In this document: positions 12,745-23,800 of the stretch, one piece after another | How the letters are laid out: every line of letters begins with the position of its first letter | How positions within the stretch are numbered: position 1 is the stretch's first letter | From: Rhina ancylostomus | Lineage: Eukaryota | Assembly: GCA_030265395.1 (NCBI GenBank) | Contig: JARFYF010000072.1 | Coordinates: 540,028 to 604,027, forward strand | Direction of reading: 5' to 3' | DNA: 64,000 nt | The notes under the pieces: model-generated | What the model was told of the DNA's origin: nothing | Database searches by the model: none | Seen by the model: only the letters and a program-made list of their open reading frames with translations | Made by a program: the position numbers and the translations under genes

Positions 12745-13290
12745 AAACTTTATGTCGCATTTGGAGTTTTGTGTGTAGTTCTGATGCCAGACTATCGAAA
12801 GCATGTGGAGGGTTTGGAGAGCGGCTGGACAAGTTTCACCGAAATGCTGCCTAGAGTCGAGAATGTTAGCTCTCAGGAGAGGTTAGCAGGACTTGGGCTG
12901 TCTTCTTGGAGGCTGAGGGGAGTCCTGATAGCAGTTGATAAAATTATAAAAGGCACAGAGTAGAGAATTAGAGTCTGTTTCTGGGACATAAATATCAAAT
13001 ACTAAAGAACAGACACTGAGAGGGCTGATATTTAAGGGGGATGTGCGAAGCAATTCTGTCCACACAGAGAGTGGCAGGTGCCTGGAACGCGCTACCAGGG
13101 AAGGAGGTAGCAGTGGACACGAAGGTGGCATTCAAGAGGCATTGACACAGACAAATAAATATGAAGGGATGGAGGGATACGGATCACCTGCAGGCGGATA
13201 GGTTTTGTTTCATTTGGCATAATGTTCGGCACATGATTGGCCGAANNNNNNNNNNTTTGCTATGCTGTACCGTTCTATATTTTATGTTCT
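12745..13290 (+). mobile_element. CR1 LINE 3' fragment
   Basis: YRKHVEGLESGWTSFTEMLPRVENVSSQERLAGLGLSSWRLRGVLIAVDKII plus the CR1-type tail tgctgtaccgttctat. Confidence 0.8.
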
Positions 13291-13950
13291 ACTTTCTTCT
13301 GAAGTCTTCGATGAACGGCAATTTATCCTAAATCAGCCTTCCCGGTTTCACACGCGCGACGTGGCAAAACTGCCTTCGTATGGGCTCTGTCAATTCTTCC
13401 TGAATCCCGTTTCTAAATGAGTGTAATAGCAGGGCCGAGAGGTCAGGGAGATTGGAAAATCAGGTTCAATCTTCTGGATTGAAGGTCTTTTTCTAAAAAT
13501 AGAACTGAATCAAGCTTTCTCCTCCAACTTCTCATGAAGCGACGCACTCTGTAGGCAGAACTGAAAGAAGTGTAGGCAAATTTCCGATTTTCCAAATATA
13601 GGTTCAGAAGTGGCGTGAAATGCGGAGGTGAAAGGGCAGGAGTCACGGAAACCGGAGATGGTCGAAATGAAGCTGGACAACTGAACTTGAACTCATTTAT
13701 TTCGAGTGATCCCTTGTCCCAGTTTCAGAGGCAACACACTGAAAACACAAAATTCCCCTCCAACTTTTGTTCTGCACATTTCCAAATAGCATTATAGGTA
13801 CTTACGCCTNNNNNNNNNNNNNNNNNNNNNNNNNNNNNNNNNNNNNNNNNNNNNNNNNNNNNNNNNNNNNNNNNNNNNNNNNNNNNNNNNNNNNNNNNNN
13901 NNNNNNNNNNNNNNNNNNNNNNNNNNNNNNNNNNNNNNNNNNNNNNNNNN

Positions 13951-13955
13951 ACACA

Positions 13956-13990
<35 letters not shown>
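13951..13990. repeat. (CA)n microsatellite
   Basis: Direct reading; abuts a gap. Confidence 0.95.
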
Positions 13991-13995
<5 letters not shown>

Positions 13996-14813
13996 CAATC
14001 TAAAAGGGACACTCACTAATTGTAACCTAGTCTGTAACACAGTGAAAAAGTCCAATAAATGGATGGTAGGTCAATACATTGCCAAGATCTGATGAGCTGC
14101 AGCCGGGAGCTGGAAATGAGCTGACAATGGAATTAGTGGATACATTGATTGTCCTCTTCTGAAATTGCTTTCAACAGGTTTCGTACGGATGTAAGGTAGC
14201 AAAAATTGAGAACAAAAGAGAAAAGGAGGAACAAAAGCGTCTAGTGTGGCGTCAATGTTGGGGTACTTACAAGATTTTCTTATTAAGGAAATAGTAACAG
14301 ACACTTGGAAAACAACGATAGGATTGGTTAGGATCAAGATGAATTCATGTTTGACAAATATGATAGATGTTGTTTACATTAAAATTGGCAGCATGCTTAA
14401 ATTTGAACCAGAGTTTGGGGAGCAATTGAATTTACATCTGTTCTTTGATGTTAGTTAAAGTTATCTCTCACAATCAGCACACTGGAATGGTGTGTCACAT
14501 CCTGGCCTTGTAAAACAAATGAAACAGTCCAAACAAAGGACGGAAAATGTAATTTTGGAATTGGGAAGCTAACCAGTGCGAAGGGTAGAGAATATTTGAA
14601 ACACTCCCCAAGATAGCGACTGAAGCTGAGTCCCGGAGTGCATTTAACAACAGAGCAATTGTTCGGATATCGAGGATTCAAGGGATAAAAAAATGTGCTT
14701 AACAACTTCTGCTTCTTACCATCTCATTTCCTACGTCCCAGTGATCAGACCCGGAGACCAGGAAGAGCAGCTCAGTCTCTGAGTGTAACAGAGACAGGAA
14801 CTGGTCTCTCGGG

Positions 14814-14865
14814 ATGGAGGGACTGTCTCTCACCGTCCTCGCTCTTTGTCTCTTCATATCTGCGG
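14814..14865 (+). CDS. Gene C leader (signal peptide) exon
   Basis: MEGLSLTVLALCLFISA G|GTGAGG, 52 nt, homologous to leaders B and D. Confidence 0.88.
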
Positions 14866-17800
14866 GTGAGGATCACTCTCTGGGAAAGAAAGTTGTCAGA
14901 GAATGAACACAGCAGCCGATTGTTGGAGAAATGTTTGTTGTAGAGTGCAGGGAACAATCGAATTAATTGAGCCAAGTACAGATTCTGTCAAGTTTGCTCG
15001 CTTCTTTCGTTCTTTCCGTAACATGAGCTTTTTTTCCCCTCACAGGGCAGTCGCAGAATTTTGACATCCACACAGAGCACAGCCGGATCAATGCCACCGT
15101 CGGCGTCGACGCCTTATTTTCTGTGAGGCCGTCAGCAGCTCTTAAGTCTGGGAACTGGGCTTTTGGAGGGAAGATAATCGCCACGTGGATCGGTAGATTG
15201 GCGGATTTCCATAATGCGTACAGGACACGGGCTGAGTTACTCTCGAACGGGTCGCTCCGCCTGAAGTCGGTGCAAGTTTCAGACAGTGGGGTTTACCGTG
15301 TGACCATGATACCACTCTTTGGTTCTCAAAGAACAACGACCATCACTATGGGTGTATCTGGTGAGTGAGACGTTGATCTTTTACAATGAATTATTTTCAG
15401 ACTGTTAGTTTCATTCTCTGCTCGTGAATAATGAATATGAGCTTCACTGCCTAATTCACTTCTAGTTTACAATGCAACATACTATCTTGATTGGAGAACG
15501 CATTATTTTCCGGTATGGAATATAAAACGTACCATTGGAAATTATCTGTCTTCCATTAAGTTTGGAATTCCCCAGCCCCCGACAGGGTTGGGTCTGCTGA
15601 CCAAATACAGGAAGAGGTTGTATGTGGGTGTGGAACCAGATGCCGTGTGACAAGCCGATCCATCTTTTCCGACCATTCGCCTCTGGTTGCGCAAATGTTA
15701 CAGGAATTACAGGGAATTATAATCAGTTATTCTTCGTACAAAGTACCCAACTTTGAATTATTTCCATTTGATTCAGGGCATGACGACGCGGCGAAATCAC
15801 GGTGGAATTTAGTGTCAGGGTAAATGACGTCACTGCAGTGAAAACCGAGTGTTTGTCCACTGTGAGTTTCAGTCTTACTGGGCTGAAAGTTCACAGTTCT
15901 GTTTGACTCGGCGAGGATATGGGTTTTTATTATCTTCACTTTAAGTGAACCTCTGGATTTTGAAGGGGCCCGCACCTAGTCCTTTGTCCTCACTGACATC
16001 TGTGATCAAACATTATTATTGAGCATATTGGAATATTAAAAAGATAGTACTGCTATTTGTTAACAGCAAGAGCTATAGCTAGAGGACATGGAGTTAATGT
16101 ATAAAACGATATTATTGGAGATACTCAGCAGGCAGGCAACAGATGTGAGCAGACAAAAAAAGTTCATCTTCCAGATCAACAGCATTTCAGCAGAACTCTG
16201 TGTGAAAAAACGTTTGTTAGTTCCAAACGATAGGAATCATAGGATATTACATGGACTGTTTGTATCCAATAACGAGGAGAGATGCAGTAATCTAGCGTTG
16301 AATTCCTGTGTCATGGTTCTGAGTTCTGGCTCCATTATGCCTTGTTGTCCAGCACATGGATTCCATGCTGGACTGATTAGATAACAATACACACCTGAGC
16401 CCCATCAGGGGNNNNNNNNNNNNNNNNNNNNNNNNNNNNNNNNNNNNNNNNNNNNNNNNNNNNNNNNNNNNNNNNNNNNNNNNNNNNNNNNNNNNNNNNN
16501 NNNNNNNNNNNCAGTCCAGTATGGAATCCATGTGCTGGACAACAAGGCATTAATGGAGCCAAATTGAGGGCCAGAACTCAGAACCATGTCAGGGAAGGAT
16601 GTTCAGCAGAGGTTGTCAGATTGTTTGGGATCTTAACAAGTCAGTCAGAGCAGCGGAAAGCTCCTTCTGTAAGATGTGGGAAGTCAGGGAACCTTATGGT
16701 CTCCCCTATGGTGCAGTTAGATGTACTCAGGATCACTCGGCAGGCTGATAACATCAAAGATGATGGGAGTGGTGGGAGTAAGGAACGGCATGCCATCTGA
16801 TGTCGTAAATGCGGGATCATTTTTGAGCTTTAGGAATAAATTAGATAGATAGATACATGGACGGGAGAGGTCTGGAGGATTATGGACTAGGTGCAGGAAA
16901 ATGTGAGTAACGGAATAACCTTTCGGCACATACTAGAAGGGCCGGATTGCCTGTTTTCTGTGCTGCAGTGTTCTATGGGAGTTTTAGTGAGGATGTCACG
17001 CCTCATGTGCAGGCCAAAGACAGATGCTTCACCACCAGGAGAAGTAAGGGGAGTAGGCAGACAGTGTAGGGTTCCCCTGTGGTCATTCACCTCACTAACA
17101 TGTATATTGCTGGGGGATGATATTTCAGAGGCCAGAAGCAATAGCCGGGTTAGTGGTACCTTGCCCGTCTCTGAGACAGTGAGGTCAGGCAGACCGATAG
17201 TAATAGGGGACTCGTTAGGAAATGGTGCAGATAGGCATTTCGGTGGCGGCAATCGAGAGTCCAGGATGGTGTGTTGCCTCCCTGGTGCCAGGTTCAAGGA
17301 TGTCTCTCAGCGGTACGGGACATTCTGAGAAGGAGGGTGAGCAGCCACATGTCGCTGTCCATATCGCTATTATAACATACGTAGGAGAAGGAATGAGGTC
17401 ATGCAAAGGGATTTTATGGAGCTTGGTAAGAAATTTAAAAAAGCAGGACTTTCAAGGTTGTAATCTCAGGATTACTGCAGGTGCCATGTTCTAGCGAGGT
17501 AAGAAATATTTACATTGTGGAGTAAGACTAAGGAGCTGGTTCAGGAGGGAGGGCTTTAGATTTATGGATCATTGAGCTCTTTTCCAGGGCAGGTGAGACC
17601 TGTACAAACAGGACGGTTGCACCTGAATTGGGGGAGAACCAATATTCTCGCCGGCAGATTTGCTAGTGCTACTCCGGAGGGTTTTAACTGGTGTGGGATG
17701 GTAACCACAGCAGTAGGACAATTGATGGTAAGGTTGAGGGAAAGAAAGATGGTTTGACAAGTAAGTGAAAGGAAGGAGAGCAAGTTGCAGGCTAATAAAC

Positions 17801-20800
17801 ATGCTGGTACTGGGTGGTCTAAAATGTGTTTATTTCAACGCTCTGAGTATTATGGTCAAGGAAGATGAACGTGGAGCCTGAATCTGTACATGGTATTGCG
17901 ATGTTGTTGCCATAGCAGAAACCTGGTTGGGTGAGGGACAGGACTGGCAGTTTAACATCCATGGGTTTTCAACGTGGTACACAGGGGAGTGAGCGTAATA
18001 GGTGGAACGGTTGAACTACTGATAAGGGAAAATGTCACAGGAGTGCGCACACAAGACAAACTTGAGGGCTCATCCACAAAGGCAATTTGGGTGGAGCTCA
18101 AAAATAAGAAAGGTGCAATTACGCTGATGGGATGAAACTGTAGGATCCCCAATAGCTAACCAGAGGTGCAGGAACAGATATGTAGGCAGATTACGAAAAG
18201 TTGCAGAAGCAACAGGGTTGTCAGAGTGGGGTATATTAACTTCCTCAGTATTGATTTGAACTTCCTTAATACAATTGCGGGAGGGGAAATTGCCACAGAA
18301 TAAGGCAGGAGCTATTAGGTGTTGCTCAACAGCTGCTGCTGTCAGACAAGTCCACGTCTGACATGTGTGAGTTGTTTAAAGATCAGTTGATCAGAGTTCG
18401 TGATCAGCATGTTCTTGTAACACGGATAGCAAGTTTAGGGAACCTTGGTTGACCGCAAAGGTCCTAAACTTAGTGATCAAGAAAGAGGAAGCATGCATAG
18501 GGTTTAGGAAGCTAAATGCAGACTGGGACCTTGTGGAATATAAAGATACAGGAAAGACGTCGTGCCGGCGATTTGGAAGGTCAAAAGGGACCATTGAATT
18601 TCCTTGGCGAGCAAGTGCAAGGATAATCCCAAGGTGTTTTATCCTTAGAGTAAGAAAAAGAGAATAACTAAGGAAAGGGTAAGTTCATTCAAGTATAAAG
18701 GGGGGAAATTTGTGCTTACAGTCAGAGCAAGTGGATGAGGGAATAAATGAGTACTTTGCGTCGGTATTTACCAAGGAGAAGGTTTCGGAGGATAATGAAA
18801 CCAGAGTGGGGCACGTCGATGTGCTGGAAAATTTTGAGATAAAGGAGGAAGTGGTACTGGATGTTCTGCAAAGCAATTCGGTGGATAGGTCCCCAAGGCC
18901 TGATGGCAGATATCCCACAATATTGAAGGAAACAAGTGATGAGATTGCTGGAGCTTCGACAAAGATTACATGATTTAAAAAATATATATATTTACAGCGT
19001 GGTAACAGGCCCTTCCGGCCCAACGAGTCCACACTGCCCATTTTAAACACCAAATTAACCTACCCGTACGTCTTTGGAATGTGGGAGGAAACAGGAGCAC
19101 CCGTAGGATACCCACGCAGACTCAGGAGAACGTACAAACTCCTTAAAGGCAGAGGCGAGAATCGAACCCGGGTCGCTGGCGCTATAATAGTGTCGTGCTA
19201 ACCACTACGCTACTGTGCCGCTTCATTCCCAACTGTGTTTCTGCAGCCAGCTAACTTTTCACCATGAAGACATCCCTACACACCATCCCACACATCCCCA
19301 GTATCACAGAAAGACTATTATCCAGAAATTGCCAGAGATACGTTGTTATTCTGTGGATGGGGCGGGGGGGGGGGGTGGCGCAGTAACTTCTTCCCGATTG
19401 CTGTGGATGCCACAATGTCCAGGAGGTGTATCCTGAGAGGACACTGAGTGCACATTGAAACTCGGACTAGGCCCCACTGTAATGCACTGAGGCTGAAATT
19501 GGCCCGGTATGTTGCAGAACGAGACTGGAATTCATCCCCGTCGGTACACATTTAAACTGAGTCCATAAAGTATGTACCTTACTGACGTCACAGCAAGGAT
19601 GGTGTCCAGAAATTGCCAGAGACACGTCACTTTTCCTTGGACGAGGAGGACTACACCCTTGCATACGGATAGTTGGACAGGGCCGCTGTTCACATGGAAG
19701 GAACTGGGACTTTATATTGCACGCGGGCCCGAAAACTTACGATGCCATCGATTGCATCTGCTCGTTGCAATTTTTAACCGAACATTGGCCTTCTATTTTA
19801 GAGGTCTTCGTGGATTCCGTCGCGCGAACCTTGCAGCAACTACCAACATTAATTGCCGGTCACTGGTGGATCTTCTGGAGCTCTGTGCTCCAGGCAGGTT
19901 TCTGTTTGTGAGCTACCAGTGCAAAAATGGCTTTAAATTAAAATGGCGCCAGTGTGGATGACTTGACGATGTCTGTTGGTCCTCCAAATTACCATGTCCC
20001 TTTTATAGACCAATACAGTTACCGAAGTGCAGGGAACGTGTTGGTGTGAACTCTATCTGGTGTTTGGCTGCTCTACCTCTCCCACTCTGCTTCTCTGCTG
20101 CGTTTCCTTACTGAAATACGTTCAGTGCGTTTGGTTTAAATGGACTGGATCGTCCAAATGTCACCACTAATCCTGGCACCCCTACTTACACTGCTGGAAG
20201 CACCATCACTTTAATATGTTCCATCGAGTCCAGCCCAACCGTGCTTCTTTTGAAACTGGACAGTAGCTCATCCTGGCTGATATATCTGTGAAGGATGCGG
20301 GAAATTACACTTGTCAGGTCTTTCCACTTTTCCACAAGGAGGTGAAATGTATGCAAAGCCTTGTGTTCACAAGGTAATACATATCTCCATTTTTGTCGTC
20401 GTGTAGTACAATAGTGGCGGCGTGCATTTGTTAATTGAACTAACCAACTCAACTTTAACAGAATATCGATTAAAAATTCTCATGTTGCATCTTGAACTTT
20501 AAGAGCATTGATTAGAAAATGTTATGTTTTCATTTTGCTGATAAATCTTTGTTTTAGCACACGACTTCCTTGTTTGCTGCAGTTAAGATTGTCCGACTGA
20601 TGCTTTATGATGAAAATATCAGAGATTTCCAGCCCTCACTTTCATCTTTTTATTTACACTATCACCGTCAGATGAAAATTTCTGCTTATCCCACCAATGA
20701 AGGCACATAAACATTTAATCTAGTTTGTAATTTTGCCTTCAACGGCAAGCCTTACTCTCTTCAGTTTGATCATGTTGCTTTATCCTGGAGAATAGATTTG

Positions 20801-23800
20801 ATTAAGCGCCTGCTGTCGTTTCCAACGAAAGGATGCATGTAGCTCCTCGGTCTCTTTTCTCATGGGAAAATCAGGCTGAAGGTTAGTATTTAAAATTATT
20901 GCACAATAACAGGAACCACAGCGGGTCAGTGGGCGTCTGTGCAGAGAGAAACGGTTAGTGTTCCAGGAAGATAAAATCGTATTTCACACAGCAAAAGGTT
21001 TTGACAGAGTGACGTAGAGTGTATGTTTCCCTTCTGGGATAGAGGAAAACTAGACACGGTCAACAGTGCAATCACCATGAATTCCAATCGGGAGTTCAGA
21101 AAAGTAACCATCACCCAAATGCTGATGAGAAATTGAGAAGAGTTCCGCAGGTTGGTGCATTTGATTGGAGGTTGAAGATACAGATGAGGGACATTGGAGT
21201 CCAGTATGACACAAAGAAACTTGGACGGGGATTGATAAAACTAGAGGAGCGCCGGCGTTCACATCGACGCCAGGTAAAGTTTGTGATGCAGCTGCTACAT
21301 TACTAGAGCAGATATGGATCCTAACCTTGTCCTAATGAGGAATGTGATAGAGCAAATCAGGAGCAAACTTCCGTTGTCCAGAAGGAAGAGATGGTCTGAC
21401 CTGTTTTGACTCTGTGAATAGCATTAACTCCACGCTGTTGGCAACGTTTCGGAAAGCAGTGGGTAGTTACTCTGGGCAGTCTGTCTGTTCTGATGTCAGT
21501 GTTGTTGCTGCAACTTGTTTTTCAGTGAATTCAGTCAATCGTTCTGCAACTTAAACCAGTGTTTTCTTGACCTCATCTCCCTCCAGATCCGAATTTAGTT
21601 ATCTTTCCTATATAACTTACGTTTGTAGAAACTTATTCCAGCCTGCTGCCTGAATTGTTTTTCCATTATAAATCTTTACTTCCAGAAGTATCAGCAGCAC
21701 TCACAGGACATGGGAACATGTTACGTGTTTTGTTTTTGTCAAAACATACAACAATGACTTGGTGATGAGGAATGGGGTTTAGTAGAGGATTGCGTTTGTG
21801 ATTTGAAGCCTGTGACCAGTGGTCTGTCACAGGAATAGATGCTGGGACTCTTTCTGTTTGTTGCATGCATGGACCATTTCCATTTGACTTTTATTTACAG
21901 AGATGGCGCTTGAAGTCACGGTATCGACCAACAATTCAACTCCAATAGAAAACGGAGATACCATAGAACTGACTTGTCACGCTCGAGGCACTGTGCAGAC
22001 ACGGGTATGGTTGAAGAATAACCAGACGATCCCGGAAAATGGTAGAATATTTACATCTCCAGACAACGCCACACTGACTATAACCAGTCTTATCAGAAAT
22101 GACGCAGGAACATACAAGTGCATCGTTAGCCAGGATTTCAACACTGCCTCTGGAGAGATCTACGTGCAAGTTCACTGTAAGTACGCAGGCATTAGTTTGC
22201 AAGCAACAACATTAGTTTGCACTGAAATTAAACATATAATATTTTCTCCTTTTATAGATGGACCAGAGAAGATAAGAATTCTGCCGCAGGCTCCAATTGT
22301 AGCCATTCCTGGGTCGAATCTGACATTAACTTGCTTTGCAGTGTCCTTCCCAAGAGGTGAATATGCATGGTACAACGGGAGCAATCAGCTACAAACTGGG
22401 CAGCAGTATACTATCGAGTCAGTAAGCTCAGTTGACAGTGGGAATTATACATGTCAGGTTATTAACAGCGTAACCAATAGGAGCAGTAATCTCACCGTCC
22501 TTGTTACCACACAAGTTGAGTGAATGGTTCCTCATGGCTACAGTCAAATTGGCTGCATAATGATCGNNNNNNNNNNNNNNNNNNNNNNNNNNNNNNNNNN
22601 NNNNNNNNNNNNNNNNNNNNNNNNNNNNNNNNNNNNNNNNNNNNNNNNNNNNNNNNNNNNNNNNNNNNNNNNNNNNNNNNNNNNNNNNNNNNNNNNNNNN
22701 NNNNNTGATTAGGAAGAATAACATGGCCGTGAAGCTTCTTTGTTTTGTCCAGAAAATTGAATCTTGTGGCGGGAATCGACAACACAGGGAATGCAAAGTG
22801 AATTGCCTATTTACCAAAGAGTTAAATAATCACCCCGCAGGGAAACAGGCCCGTCATGTCAGCCGGTCCATGCCGCCCAAGATGCCCCATCCAGGATTAT
22901 TAAATTTGCCAGAGGTTGGTCCACATCCTTCTAAACCCTAGATAACCATATATCTGTCCAACTGTCTTTTAAATGCTGTTATTTTACCATCCTGAACCAC
23001 TACCTCTGGCAGACCATTCCATATCCAACAGTTTAAAAAAGTTGCCGCTCAGGTTCCTATTAAATATTCCTTCTCTCATCTAAACCTGTGCCCTCCAGTT
23101 CTTGATTCTGCAATCCTGGGAAAAACATTGAGTGTATTTACCCCGTCTATATTCCTCATGATTTTATGCAACCCTGTAGGATCACCTCTCAGTCTCCAAC
23201 GCTCCAAGGATAAAGGTCCTCGCCTGTCCATCTTCTCCCAATAACTCAGTCCCTCAAGTCCTGGAAGCACCCTTGTCATTCTTTTCTACGCTCTTTCCAT
23301 TTTAATAACCTCTGCCTTGTTATCCTATTGTTCTTAATTTAGGTCCCGAATTCCTTGATATTCTCTTTAATACGACTCCCCAGGAAATTCCATAGCCCCT
23401 CCTGCTTTTTCCAATTTCTATCCTGAGCTCTTTCCTGGCTTCTTCATAATCCTGAAGTGCCCTGTTCGACTTTCGCTTCATAAACCTTGGATACGCTTCA
23501 GTTTACTTCTTGACTAAATTCACCACCTCTCTCGTAATCCAAGGTTCCCTTACCTTGCCATCCTTGTTCTCTCTTCTTACTTGAACATACCTGCCCTGTA
23601 CTGTGTGCAGTTTGTCTTTAAAATCCCTCCACTTTTCAGATGTGGACTTGCCCAAAACATCTGCTCCCAATTAACTCTCCCAATTTTCTGCATACACTCT
23701 CGTAATTTGCCCTGCTCCTATTTAATAACCTCGTGAAAGCTGCATGCTATCAATTAAGCTATCGTAAAACTTATGGAGTTATGATCACTATTACCTTAAT

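Noticed and set aside
19140-19221. tRNA-like A/B boxes
   Set aside because: Head of a SINE with a near-identical second copy; not a tRNA gene.
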